NCBI GenBank assembly: GCA_036743655.1
Contig: DAINPB010000004.1
Span: forward strand, 15,788 to 79,787
Source: Candidatus Saccharimonadota bacterium
GTDB taxonomy: Bacteria; Patescibacteriota; Saccharimonadia; Saccharimonadales; UBA4665
Reading direction: 5' to 3'
Length of the DNA: 64,000 bases
Position 1 is the first letter of the stretch, and each line of letters starts with the position of its first letter. A model generated the notes under the pieces. The model was given only the letters and a program-made list of their open reading frames with translations, was not told the origin of the DNA and did not search any database. Of the stretch, positions 27,757-37,215 are shown one piece after another. Position numbers and translations under genes: made by a program.

Positions 27757-28356
27757 GTGGAACCATCTGCTAGTCCGATTATAGTTGTGGCGCTGCTGCA
27801 GGCTGGAATGATTGTGGCGCCTGGCAGTGACTATGCTCTGGTGATGCGAATTGTCGGGAAGCAAGGGAAGTCGGCTGGCACGCTGGCTGCTATAGGGTTG
27901 GGGCTGGGGGCATTTGCTTTACTTTTGCTGTCGGTTTTTGGCATTAACTCTCTCTTCATCCACTACCCGTCGCTGATCACTATAATTCGCTACGTTGGAG
28001 CGGTTTGGCTACTCTGGCAGGCGGTGCTGTGCTTCTTGCCGAAGCGCGGGGCGACGAAGTCGCGCAGCATTGGGCCATTTGGGGCTGGGTTCATCAATCA
28101 TTTTATTAATGTGGAGATGATTATTTTCTATATCGTAATCATCAGCCAGCTAAGTGCTCGAAACATTACAACCTCATTACAGCTCGTGGTGGCGGTCGAA
28201 ATGGCGCTCTTCACAGCGCTCTGGTTTATCCTAATTGCTCGCCTTGCAGTCAAGATACCGAACGCAGATAAGGTGCTTAATCACATCGCTGCACGGCTTA
28301 TATTTGGAGGGTTATTTTTGGTATCGGCGGTAACGCTACTTATTGTAATCAAGTAG
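27757..28356 (+). CDS. LysE/RhtB family amino-acid exporter
   Basis: 199 aa with about 6 TM helices and a LysE-like N-terminus (APGSDYALVM). GTG start. Confidence 0.7.
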   Translation: MEPSASPIIVVALLQAGMIVAPGSDYALVMRIVGKQGKSAGTLAAIGLGLGAFALLLLSVFGINSLFIHYPSLITIIRYVGAVWLLWQAVLCFLPKRGATKSRSIGPFGAGFINHFINVEMIIFYIVIISQLSARNITTSLQLVVAVEMALFTALWFILIARLAVKIPNADKVLNHIAARLIFGGLFLVSAVTLLIVIK

Positions 28357-28423
28357 CCTATTAAGCTGAGCTGACTTTGGCTTAAGTCAAAGCCGTCTTG
28401 AACCAAGACTCTAACTTCCTTTG

Positions 28424-29065
28424 CTACGCGGGAGCCAGTTTTTGAAAGTGCTGGTAATCTACATAGCCGTATTCTTCCTTCCAGTGTCCTCCCCATTCCC
28501 AACCGCAATCAAGAAATAAACGTACCGTTTTATCCCCATCGCTGATGGCACCTTTGGCACGAGGATCATAGTTTGGCCCGGCAGGTCTTACTACCCCGTT
28601 TTGAGTTATATATGGATTTATCAATGGGTTTATATCTATAGCTCTTCCGTAGGAATGGTTGGAAAGCCGTTTTGTGGCAAATACATTCCGGTAATTAAAA
28701 GCGGAGGTGTTATTATCCTTAATACTCCTGCGATCACTCCATCCGTAAGCAACGATTGGCACTGCCTTGAGGATGGGGAACTTATTAAGCAATAACTGTT
28801 TAAAAATATATGCTACTTCTGCTTGCAGATCCTTGTGTATTACTATTTGGCCTTCATGTATTTTATTATCGAAACCCAGATACTGTATGTCTACGATCCC
28901 GAGGGTTGCAATAATCTCTTCAGGCGCCGCTGAGCCATGTAGCGCCTCAGAAAAAGTCATTTTGCTATCTATGGTGATTCGCGTCATGACCAAATTATAC
29001 CCGAACTGTCCTGATAGTTTCGGAGAGCCCTGAAAAAATCTAACTTCCATCTTAGGAGGAGCCAC
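28424..29065 (-). CDS. M15-family zinc peptidase (VanY / D-Ala-D-Ala carboxypeptidase-like)
   Basis: SNHSYGRAIDINP (HxxxxxxD) and the C-terminal DYQHF. The start is uncertain (GTG at 29065 or ATG at 29050). Confidence 0.7.
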   Translation of the reverse strand: MAPPKMEVRFFQGSPKLSGQFGYNLVMTRITIDSKMTFSEALHGSAAPEEIIATLGIVDIQYLGFDNKIHEGQIVIHKDLQAEVAYIFKQLLLNKFPILKAVPIVAYGWSDRRSIKDNNTSAFNYRNVFATKRLSNHSYGRAIDINPLINPYITQNGVVRPAGPNYDPRAKGAISDGDKTVRLFLDCGWEWGGHWKEEYGYVDYQHFQKLAPA

Positions 29066-29104
29066 AATTTGCTACTTAATATATTTATGTTAGTGTACCA
29101 ACAT
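29040..29104 (+). promoter_or_regulatory. upstream module M11 (overlaps the start of the opposite-strand peptidase gene)
   Basis: CTAACTTCCATCTTAGGAGGAGCCACAATTTGCT, then ttatgttagtgt, then the ATG at 29105. Confidence 0.4.
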
Positions 29105-29428
29105 ATGCGCTGGCATCAACTATCTCAATTGCCCTCTATAGAAGCTCCCGAAGGGTGTGGGGGCGAAGCCCAACTGATAGTGTCTCGCCCAAAGAACTAT
29201 CACCTAACAACAGGAGTAGTTCTCAGTTGTGCCGGTATCGGTGGGGGCACACCCAATGTCATTTTTGAAGCAAAAACGCTGATACAAGATAACGAGGAGG
29301 AAAGCGCCTTCATCGAGCAGATGAAACCAATCGGCGAAATGTCATTACGGCAATTCTGCAAGAATTGCCCCTTGAATCCTGACTTTAGTCGCAACGGTGA
29401 GAGCACCCAAGGACAATTAAAAGCTTAG
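29105..29428 (+). CDS. hypothetical protein (about 107 aa)
   Basis: The ORF track gives 29069..29428. Start at 29105 (MRWHQLSQ...) chosen by analogy with the other modules. An ATG at 29087 is also possible. Confidence 0.4.
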   Translation: MRWHQLSQLPSIEAPEGCGGEAQLIVSRPKNYHLTTGVVLSCAGIGGGTPNVIFEAKTLIQDNEEESAFIEQMKPIGEMSLRQFCKNCPLNPDFSRNGESTQGQLKA

Positions 29429-29506
29429 TCCTTATTCCTGCGCCTAGGTCTATGCAGCTAAGCTAAAGCTGGCTGGGACTCCAAGGTTACGGGAGGCCAT
29501 GAAAAA

Positions 29507-29540
29507 GCGCCAACTCCGTCCGCTATCAGGAGCCAAGACT
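29507..29540 (+). repeat. junction-motif copy M12
   Basis: GCGCCAACTCCGTCCGCTATCAGGAGCCAAGAC. Confidence 0.45.
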
Positions 29541-29637
29541 AGCCCCAGCACAAAGTTGAGTAATAATTCGTACTCATGCATACTGCCGGTTTTGCTATTA
29601 TTAAGGTCTCAGAAAGTAGTTAGACGAAGGGGTTGTC

Positions 29638-30099
29638 ATGGGACGAAAAGTTACACCGAATCTGTGGTTTGACAATAATGCTAAGGAAGCCGTGGATTTT
29701 TACGTGTCGGTGTTTCCGGACAGCAAAGTAATTTCTACGATCTATTATCCTAAGAGCGCTGAGGAAGGTTTGGCTGATTTTCAACTCGATATGGCTGGCA
29801 AGGAGCTGGTGCTGGATTTTGAGCTTGGCGGACAGCGGTTTGCTGCCATTAATGCCGGGCCGCGGTTTAAGTTCAACGAGGCTGTGTCTTTCGCGGTAAC
29901 CTGTAAAGACCAGGCCGAGATTAACTACTTTTGGGAAAAACTCTCAAGCGTTCCAGAGTCGGAACAGTGCGGCTGGTGCAAAGACAAATACGGCCTCAGC
30001 TGGCAAATCGTGCCCGAAAACATGCGAGACCTGATAAAAAAGCCCGGTGCCTATGCCCATATGATGCAGATGAAGAAGATTGTAATCGAGGACTTCTAG
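29638..30099 (+). CDS. VOC-superfamily protein, PhnB / 3-demethylubiquinone-9 3-methyltransferase-like
   Basis: NLWFDNNAKEAVDFYVSVF and DKYGLSWQIVP are typical of this family. SD-led. Confidence 0.8.
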   Translation: MGRKVTPNLWFDNNAKEAVDFYVSVFPDSKVISTIYYPKSAEEGLADFQLDMAGKELVLDFELGGQRFAAINAGPRFKFNEAVSFAVTCKDQAEINYFWEKLSSVPESEQCGWCKDKYGLSWQIVPENMRDLIKKPGAYAHMMQMKKIVIEDF

Positions 30100-30140
30100 A
30101 AGACAAGACTGCTCCAAGCCACTAAATGGAGGCCGGCGGC

Positions 30141-30602
30141 TTACAACCCGATCTTTGCGACTATTCCCTCGACGTCTTCGAGGGCTTGGGCGGGCGTGAT
30201 GTCACTTTCGGCAGCTGACCATCCCTTGCGCCGTGAGTCGTATGCCAAGTTTGCAAGAGCGGCAGGACGTTCCAAGCGAGTTACGGCAATATCGAAATCT
30301 TTGGCGGAAGCAAATGCAAGCTTATACTCTGTGCACTCGCTTTCAGTTGCTACTCCCAGCTCCGGTCGAAGTAGAAGCCTCGTGTCAACTTTTAGTTTTC
30401 GAAGTCTTAGTGCAGCTAGGAGGCCAACTGGTCGATTTTCTTCAACCTCGTAATGAAAGAAAGCGTCGTTGTAGACTCCGATACCGTGCCAGCTCGTAAT
30501 TAAACTTCGGTCAAGCACGTTTTTTCCGATGGCGCGAGTCTGCGCCATGCTGTGATGTGATGCCAATATCTTCTCGCGCAAATGCTTTCCAGTTTCGCTC
30601 AT
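30141..30602 (-). CDS. hypothetical protein (153 aa)
   Basis: ORF track. No domain recognised. Confidence 0.5.
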   Translation of the reverse strand: MSETGKHLREKILASHHSMAQTRAIGKNVLDRSLITSWHGIGVYNDAFFHYEVEENRPVGLLAALRLRKLKVDTRLLLRPELGVATESECTEYKLAFASAKDFDIAVTRLERPAALANLAYDSRRKGWSAAESDITPAQALEDVEGIVAKIGL

Positions 30603-30718
30603 CGTTTCAGTACTCCTTGCTGTTGCAGTATGCTTTTTATACTACAGATTCATCATTTTTGAAAGGCCCCTCACTCGCAAGCCTCTATAAAATACTGGAG
30701 CAATACTTGAATCTTGGA

Positions 30719-30782
30719 GTCGTGAAGTGTACCCGCAGAGCTCCGACTTGACAGACGTTACACAGAGAAGCACTATTGTATT
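30719..30782 (+). promoter_or_regulatory. upstream module M13
   Basis: GTCGTGAAGTGTACCCGCAGAGCTCCGAC, TTGACA, 17 nt, CACTAT, 6 nt, then the ATG at 30783. Confidence 0.45.
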
Positions 30783-31028
30783 ATGCGAGCAGTCAACGAA
30801 ATCCCCTTATTAAGCGCGGAGGCCGTAAAGCAACCGTTAGTCTATGAGCGCAAGGTAGATACGGCCGTATTCCTCGGAGCATCAGGCCAAGAGCCCACCG
30901 ACACAGAGCGACTTGCTGTCGCTTATTACGTTCAAGACAGAACTTCCCAAATAACTGAGAATATCTCACTCACCGGCGTGCAAGTGGCTGAAAAAGTTGA
31001 AGACATTATCGCGTTTATGGAAAACTAA
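30783..31028 (+). CDS. hypothetical protein (81 aa), first gene of a two-gene unit with the nuclease-NTPase
   Basis: ORF track. Its stop lies 5 nt before the GTG of the next gene. Confidence 0.5.
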   Translation: MRAVNEIPLLSAEAVKQPLVYERKVDTAVFLGASGQEPTDTERLAVAYYVQDRTSQITENISLTGVQVAEKVEDIIAFMEN

Positions 31029-31033
31029 AGTTA

Positions 31034-33247
31034 GTGAAGAGATACAACTTTGAGTACTTAACGTGGCTCGACTTTGAAAATCTCAGTCGGGACGTCGTAG
31101 AGGCTCGAGAGCACTTGGCGCTAGAGAGCTTTTCTGTAGGCCGGGACAAGGGCATCGATTTCCGGCGGATCTATGATAAGAAGCGAAGCTTGGTGGTTCA
31201 ATGTAAGCATTACAAAGACTATAAAACTCTTTACTACAAACTTAAGAACGATGAGTTGCCAAAAGTAAAGCAGCTACAGCCTTCTAGATATATATTAATA
31301 GCTTCTGTCAATATGACTTCCGACCAGAAAGAAAAGATCGTGACCCTATTCAACCCATATATAGTTAATCCACTTGATGTTATTTGTGCAAGCGACATTG
31401 AGCAAGAAATAGATAAGAATGAACATATACTGAGGAAAAATCACAAGCTATGGCTTACGAGTTCAAAGGTTTTAGAGCTGGTACTTCAAAAAAAGATAAT
31501 AGGACGCTCAAACCGACTCGAGATCGACATGAAGCAAAAAGTAAAGCTTTACGTCGAGACGGCTGATGTAGGTCGAACACTTGAAATATTAGACAAGAAT
31601 CACTATGGAGTTATTTCGGGAGCACCCGGAGTAGGTAAGACCACCCTGGCACAAATACTCTCTTTGTACTACGTGAAGGACGGCTTCCAGCTAGCATATG
31701 TAACGAATATAGATGAAGCCGAAGACATTATCAATGAAGACACCAGGCAAATCATTTATTATGATGACTTTCTTGGCAATGTTAAATTCTCCCCTTATAA
31801 GAACGAGGACAAAAGACTCGTGAACCTTCTAAGAAGGGTACAGGCATCCAAGAAAACTAAACTTATCATGACAACAAGGGAGTACATTATTAGACAGGCG
31901 CGAAGTGACTATGAGGAGCTGGATCGAGTTAACATTGATATCTCAAAAGTGACAATAGAGCTTTCTAGCTATACAACTTTTCAACGCGCTCATATTTTAT
32001 ATAATCATCTATACTACTCATCGCTAGATAAGTCTTTCATTGAAAACATACTGCTAGGTAAAGGCTACGAGAAAATCATTCATCATAAAAACTATAATCC
32101 TAGACTGATTGAAGCCATGACAACGTCTGAGCATTTTTTAGGGACAATATCCAAAAACTTTACCAACGACTTCATTAATCTACTCGACAATCCAGCGAAA
32201 GTTTGGGAGAGAGCATTCGAAAAGCACATTAGCCAATTATCACGAGCGTTACTTTACGTACTTTTTACCTCTCCGGCTCAGGTTTCTATAGCTGATCTAG
32301 AACAAACCCTCCATAACTTTATAAAAATCTACGGCGTAAAGCTCGAAGGAGACGATTTCGCTACTTCGTTCAATATAGCCTTGAAGGAGCTGGACGGCAC
32401 ATTCATTAGAATTGATTTCAGCGAAGGGGAACGAGTTCTAGAGTTTGCCAACCCCTCGATAATAGATTTTCTAACGACATACATAAAAGATAGCGAGCGC
32501 GTTAAGCAGTCTTTAATAACTTCTTATGCGTACCTAGAGCCATTGCTGGAAAGATTTTCACTTGTAAAAAGACCTCATAGCGTACATGTAGGGGAAAACC
32601 TTCACGATTTATACATTGATACAATTACAAATAATATGTACGAACATAAGGATGTGGATATCGAAAACCCCCTCCTCACCCTGATGCAGCTAGATAAAAT
32701 ATACAACGAGTACAAAGGTTCCGACAATAAAAAGATAAAAGAGTTCTTATTGCAAAAAGTTCGAGTGTTTGAATTCCCTGACGACTTCACGGATTATCAC
32801 CTTGCTACATATTTAAGCCTTGTAATTGGCTTAAATGCAGTAGAGACACCTATAATTCGGACAATTATTGTTAAAACGCTCAGCAACGTTGATAATATAG
32901 ACGACCTAAAGAAGCTTGCTACATTACACACTTTCTATGAAGAAGAGCTCTTCGACATAGCCCTCCAGAATACGATAGACTTGCCTGAACTTTTCTCTGA
33001 GACGGTCGATAGCTACAGCTGGCATATTGAAGAGTCCAGCCCAGGAGAACTCGACGTTCTTATAGATGATATTCAGGAGTTAGAGATCGCAATGGGCTAT
33101 GACTTAAGTAGTAAGAAAGAACTTATAAGCGAGGCGATAGCTTTGAAAAACTTCAACATTGACGACTTAGAAGATATAGATCGTGGTGAACAACCCGATA
33201 CGCAGGACGATATCAACGACCTGTTTGATACTTTGATTGTTGGCTAG
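31034..33247 (+). CDS. Mrr-like restriction endonuclease domain fused to a P-loop (STAND-like) NTPase; candidate defence protein
   Basis: N-terminus GRDKGIDF...VVQCKHY (PD-(D/E)xK of Mrr type). Walker A GAPGVGKTT, Walker B IIYYDDFLG, then about 450 aa of helical region. The gene is clearly AT-rich relative to its neighbours. Confidence 0.7.
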   Translation: MKRYNFEYLTWLDFENLSRDVVEAREHLALESFSVGRDKGIDFRRIYDKKRSLVVQCKHYKDYKTLYYKLKNDELPKVKQLQPSRYILIASVNMTSDQKEKIVTLFNPYIVNPLDVICASDIEQEIDKNEHILRKNHKLWLTSSKVLELVLQKKIIGRSNRLEIDMKQKVKLYVETADVGRTLEILDKNHYGVISGAPGVGKTTLAQILSLYYVKDGFQLAYVTNIDEAEDIINEDTRQIIYYDDFLGNVKFSPYKNEDKRLVNLLRRVQASKKTKLIMTTREYIIRQARSDYEELDRVNIDISKVTIELSSYTTFQRAHILYNHLYYSSLDKSFIENILLGKGYEKIIHHKNYNPRLIEAMTTSEHFLGTISKNFTNDFINLLDNPAKVWERAFEKHISQLSRALLYVLFTSPAQVSIADLEQTLHNFIKIYGVKLEGDDFATSFNIALKELDGTFIRIDFSEGERVLEFANPSIIDFLTTYIKDSERVKQSLITSYAYLEPLLERFSLVKRPHSVHVGENLHDLYIDTITNNMYEHKDVDIENPLLTLMQLDKIYNEYKGSDNKKIKEFLLQKVRVFEFPDDFTDYHLATYLSLVIGLNAVETPIIRTIIVKTLSNVDNIDDLKKLATLHTFYEEELFDIALQNTIDLPELFSETVDSYSWHIEESSPGELDVLIDDIQELEIAMGYDLSSKKELISEAIALKNFNIDDLEDIDRGEQPDTQDDINDLFDTLIVG

Positions 33248-33287
33248 TCTTCCGGGTCAGATGTTTATGCCCCGCCTAGCGGTAGAG

Positions 33288-33363
33288 TTCCGAAGGTATA
33301 CTCACAGGGAGGGAGTTACATTTGTAAAATATCGCATTACATGGTATTTTTATAGTCATCATT
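33288..33363 (+). promoter_or_regulatory. upstream module M14
   Basis: TTCCGAAGGTATACTCACAGGGAGGGAGTTA, TTGTAA, 17 nt (AAATATCGC-attac-ATGGTATTT), TATTTT, then 13 nt to the ATG. Confidence 0.5.
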
Positions 33364-34227
33364 ATGGAAATATTAGGCAAGGGTCTTGGCGGCATCGTTA
33401 TCGGAGATAGTCCGGGCTCAGTTCAAAAATTTTATATCGCAGAGCGCAGCGGATGTGCAGAACAGGCGCATCTAGCGTTCTTGGGCAAGCAGCAAGAACA
33501 AGGCCTCAATATCCGGTGCATGATTCCAAAGCTTCTGGAAGTCGTCGGCAAGGGCGAGTGGGAAGTAGAGGGTCAAACCTACACGTATTGCAATCGCATG
33601 GAACGCGTCCCCGGCACAAGCGCCCGACGAATCATGTCTTCTTTCAACGAACCGGCGCATGAACGCTTGGGCAGAGCCTTGGGCGGTACGGCTTTTGCCA
33701 TGCACAGTCTTTGTAGAGCGTACACACGGCAATGGAAGGATGCGCGCGGAGGTCAAGATGTATTGCTCTCTCACATCATGGAGGACAAAGTGGGCCTCGT
33801 ACTAGCGGAGGAAGCTGATAAGGACGTCGTCAGGCGCGTTACCGATGCTGCCAACTATTTGAAAAACAATTGCAGGATCTCAGCCTCGAACAAGACGCTG
33901 AGCCATCTTGATTTCAGCCTCGCCAACACTCAGGCTGATGATGAAGGCCAATTTTATGGCCTGGTTGACTGGGGTGATTTCGGTCTTACCGATCCCTCGC
34001 TCAGCTTGTATCAGTTTGCCTATAGATCGGTCTGGCCTTATCTGGAAAATCAATACGAGAAACTCGGCGGAACCTTGAGAAAAGATATTATCTATGCGGC
34101 TGCAGCTATCCATCTCGCGTTTGGTCCGATAATTTGCGCTCAGCACAACTTTCCTTTGGACGCCGATGAAACGCCCGAACGTTTTGAAACAATGTACGCC
34201 AAATTCCAAAAGTACCGACAGGGCTAG
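33364..34227 (+). CDS. phosphotransferase (APH/choline-kinase-like protein kinase fold)
   Basis: Catalytic loop HLDFSLANT and the metal-binding VDWGDFG. Confidence 0.7.
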   Translation: MEILGKGLGGIVIGDSPGSVQKFYIAERSGCAEQAHLAFLGKQQEQGLNIRCMIPKLLEVVGKGEWEVEGQTYTYCNRMERVPGTSARRIMSSFNEPAHERLGRALGGTAFAMHSLCRAYTRQWKDARGGQDVLLSHIMEDKVGLVLAEEADKDVVRRVTDAANYLKNNCRISASNKTLSHLDFSLANTQADDEGQFYGLVDWGDFGLTDPSLSLYQFAYRSVWPYLENQYEKLGGTLRKDIIYAAAAIHLAFGPIICAQHNFPLDADETPERFETMYAKFQKYRQG

Positions 34228-34294
34228 CAGGAGATTCCAGCAAAAGTATTTTATTATAGAGGTCGTTTGGCCTCTTTTTGTTACAATGTCAAAC

Positions 34295-34879
34295 ATGCAG
34301 TTAGCATTTGTGCGGCATGGTCGAACAAATTCCAATGAGCTGGGTCGCAAAGGCTTATTCGGTCAAAACGATGGCCTGAATACGATTGGCCGAGAACAGA
34401 TAGAAAGAGCAGCCAATATCCTTGATAAACAGGCAAAGCCGGAGGTTATTATTTGCTCTCCCTATTTGCGAACGCGTGAGTCGGCAGATATATTAGCCGC
34501 GTTTTTTAAAGTCGCAGTGGAGATTGACGGCCGTATCCAAGAAACCGACGTCGGCGACTGGAAGGGTCAGGTTATTGAGAACTCTATTAAAGAATGGCTT
34601 GAAGTCCCGCCGGAACAAGTTCATAGCTACCGTCCGCCGAACGGTGAAACTTGGCTAGAAATCGGGCAACGGGTGGTAGCCTGCGTGGAAGACTGGGCTG
34701 AGAGGGAATACGAGTCAGTGCTTTTTGTGAGTCATCGTGAACCTATCCGCTGCGGGATCGGGGTGTTACTTGGCGAAGACCCGACCACCTGGACTGATGC
34801 TAGCTATGAGAACGGCTCCGTCTCACTGCTTCAAACCTCCGGTACTGGCTACCATGAAGTTTTTCTCAACAGAGCTTAG
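34295..34879 (+). CDS. histidine phosphatase family protein (phosphoglycerate mutase-like)
   Basis: RHGRTNSN (RHG motif) and SHREPIR. The ORF track extends to 34166. TGtTACAAT at 34279-34287 places the ATG at 34295 (or 34286) at the transcript start. Confidence 0.8.
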   Translation: MQLAFVRHGRTNSNELGRKGLFGQNDGLNTIGREQIERAANILDKQAKPEVIICSPYLRTRESADILAAFFKVAVEIDGRIQETDVGDWKGQVIENSIKEWLEVPPEQVHSYRPPNGETWLEIGQRVVACVEDWAEREYESVLFVSHREPIRCGIGVLLGEDPTTWTDASYENGSVSLLQTSGTGYHEVFLNRA

Positions 34880-34883
34880 TCCT

Positions 34884-34946
34884 AGCCTGCGCAACCAAGA
34901 GGAGCTCAATATTGTAAAATACCATATTTTGTGGTATCGTTTTCCT
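34884..34946 (+). promoter_or_regulatory. upstream module M15
   Basis: AGCCTGCGCAACCAAGAGGAGCTCAAT, TTGTAA, AAATACCAT-atttt-GTGGTAT, -10 TATCGT, 6 nt, ATG. Confidence 0.55.
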
Positions 34947-35333
34947 ATGAGTACTTCTAGTACATTTTATGAACAAGTAATACAGCCTCAGCAAGACGCA
35001 GAGGCGCATATTGCTAAAATCGGCGGCCTACCCGAGATCACTGCGGCAGCCGAGGGCTTGATGAGCGCACTGGCTCAAACCAAGACCGAAATCGCGACAG
35101 CGACGTTTGCCTCCAGGTTTCTTGGCCCCTCCAGCGATGTTACTGCGAGGATTCTCGAACAAGCCGCCTATTCAGCTCCTACCGTAACCGCGATAGAAGC
35201 AGAGGGAGAGGCAGGATTGAAGCGTGTGCAATTAACGAGTGACTATCTTACGGTTGAAAATGAAGTCAGGCTTGCGCTAGCGCACTTAGTTAGCCTTCGA
35301 GCTGACCTTACTTTAGCGCAGGAAGGGTTCTAA
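34947..35333 (+). CDS. hypothetical protein (128 aa)
   Basis: Internal ATG of ORF-track entry 34737..35333, positioned 6 nt after the -10 box. Confidence 0.55.
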   Translation: MSTSSTFYEQVIQPQQDAEAHIAKIGGLPEITAAAEGLMSALAQTKTEIATATFASRFLGPSSDVTARILEQAAYSAPTVTAIEAEGEAGLKRVQLTSDYLTVENEVRLALAHLVSLRADLTLAQEGF

Positions 35334-35344
35334 CTTATTATCAT

Positions 35345-35878
35345 ATGGCAAACAGATTAACTCTTGGTATGTACGGTGGGGAATTCGGGCGAGCATCGCA
35401 TGACTCGCGGCTTTTTGGTTTGCGAACCGGCCAGATACGAGAGAGTTTGGGTGATGATCGCCGGCTAGTAAAGGATGCCGGCTGGTACAACGCCGACGGT
35501 CACAAGCTAGGCTGGGGCGACATTGGCCCAGAGGATGTTAAGTCAATTTGCACCGAGCTGTTAGATACCGAGGTATTTGTTGTTCTGAATAGGGGTGATT
35601 CGTTCGACGAGTTTGTTGAAGAGTACGACACACTGAGCGGAATCGGCTCACTGGCTACCGTAGATAGCACGGCAGAATACCTACCAAGCCGGGCGTACAT
35701 CGCCAGCAAGGCCGTGCTCGCCCTCATGTCAGGAACCCTGATCGACACCGGGAAGTATGGTACGGTTGGCTCATTCCATGAGCTATACCCCGACTATTAT
35801 CCGGAGCTTGAAGTTGTCCAGCAGACAGAAGCCGAGCTTTATTTAACGCTGCAAGACATAGCTAGCCAACAAGGCTAA
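35345..35878 (+). CDS. hypothetical protein (177 aa)
   Basis: ORF track. Lies 11 nt after the previous gene. Confidence 0.55.
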   Translation: MANRLTLGMYGGEFGRASHDSRLFGLRTGQIRESLGDDRRLVKDAGWYNADGHKLGWGDIGPEDVKSICTELLDTEVFVVLNRGDSFDEFVEEYDTLSGIGSLATVDSTAEYLPSRAYIASKAVLALMSGTLIDTGKYGTVGSFHELYPDYYPELEVVQQTEAELYLTLQDIASQQG

Positions 35879-35879
35879 A

Positions 35880-35965
35880 GTTGCGGAGTACGTCTAGTAG
35901 GGGGCTTAATACCTTCGCTCAAAGTACTCCTTCGGAGGTGTTTTTGTTTTGCTATACTTAAGCCC
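35880..35965 (+). promoter_or_regulatory. upstream module M16
   Basis: GTTGCGGAGTACGTCTAGTAGGGGGCTTA, a weak hairpin CTCC-ttcg-GGAG plus a T-run, TATACT, 7 nt, ATG. Confidence 0.5.
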
Positions 35966-36283
35966 ATGAAAAGCGTTGACACTCTATCTATTTCTGAGCT
36001 CGCCCAAATGGCTGGAAACATGTTCGGCAATTTAGTAAAAGCAGTTGTTGACGTAGACCAAAACCTTCTCGTGATTGATGCAGAACTTCATGCCGATCAG
36101 GAACAATTTCTACTTGAAAACGGTTCAAAACAAGCCAATCTATGGGGTATCAATCTATACCCTGAGAAGTTTGGGACTGATGAATTCATTGAGTTTGACT
36201 CGATGATCAATATTCGCCCTAAGCAAAACAATAGATCACGAGATGTTGAAGATAAAGCATTAAGGAGAGGGTTACTGCTATAG
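35966..36283 (+). CDS. hypothetical protein (105 aa)
   Basis: ORF track. Leaderless-type promoter upstream. Confidence 0.5.
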   Translation: MKSVDTLSISELAQMAGNMFGNLVKAVVDVDQNLLVIDAELHADQEQFLLENGSKQANLWGINLYPEKFGTDEFIEFDSMINIRPKQNNRSRDVEDKALRRGLLL

Positions 36284-36302
36284 TAGAGCTGAAGATTACA
36301 TC

Positions 36303-36629
36303 ATGAGCAAACAATACACAATCGATCGAACACGCTGGGCAAAGCTTGGCATATTCGACCAAATGGGCAATATCTACAGTGAGGTTGGTCGATCATTCAA
36401 GGCTAACGACAGGAGCAGTCAGGAACAAGCTATCGCACGCGCAAGAGATTTATTTAATGCCACTATTTATGTCTTGAGCAAGACAGAATCACCACGTGCA
36501 AAGGAAGTGCGGCGAGCGAAACAGCAATTCTTGGAGATAGTCTCTGACAAACATGCCAGCCAGGAATCCATTCAAAGCCTGGATCGTTATTTTTTGCAGT
36601 TCGCTATTGCGGCTCGGCTCCATCGCTAA
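36303..36629 (+). CDS. hypothetical protein (108 aa)
   Basis: ORF track. Confidence 0.5.
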   Translation: MSKQYTIDRTRWAKLGIFDQMGNIYSEVGRSFKANDRSSQEQAIARARDLFNATIYVLSKTESPRAKEVRRAKQQFLEIVSDKHASQESIQSLDRYFLQFAIAARLHR

Positions 36630-36708
36630 AGCTCGAAGCCTGTCAACCAAGGGGAGCCAAGTATAAGCGCTCTAGAGGAAGTGTCTTCTTATTTGGTATA
36701 GTTAAATC
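36630..36708 (+). promoter_or_regulatory. upstream module M17
   Basis: AGCTCGAAGCCTGTCAACCAAGGGGAGCCAAGTATAAGC, then TGgTATAGT, 6 nt, ATG. Confidence 0.5.
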
Positions 36709-36960
36709 ATGACCAAAAAAGATATCGCCACCGGTGTAGTACACGAAGTGCCGCCAGACCTGCGCAAAGCCCTGCTAGCCGACGAATCCGCCCTAGAAAG
36801 ATGGGAAGACCTGACGCCGCTGGCCCGCAATGAGTGGATTTGTTGGGTGACTTACCCCAAGAAAGCCGAGACCAGAAAAGACCATCTCGAGCGGACAATT
36901 ACCGAGTTGCTTCAAGGTGTCCGCCGCCCCTGTTGCTGGGTCGGCTGCATGCATCGTTGA
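36709..36960 (+). CDS. YdeI/OmpD-associated family protein
   Basis: LTPLARNEWICWV...ETR...RRPCCWVGCMHR is the C-terminal signature of this family. Confidence 0.65.
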   Translation: MTKKDIATGVVHEVPPDLRKALLADESALERWEDLTPLARNEWICWVTYPKKAETRKDHLERTITELLQGVRRPCCWVGCMHR

Positions 36961-37215
36961 CGAAGCCGTCGGCGAAACAGCTAACGTTGCGTTGCGCCCG
37001 TCATTGCCTAGTTTTACAAGGACTCGTGAAGCGCGCCTTTGCATCGCCGGAACCCGCGCCCACGCCAAGGCCAAAGTCCGACAAAAGCGCCCGCAGTTAC
37101 TGCCAAAACTTGCGTTATCCCCCGCCAGGCATTAGGCAAGCATTTTCACCGCATCGCTTAATCATCAGTACCCATCTGCTTGTGTTATATGCCCAGATAT
37201 GTGAATATTATAATT

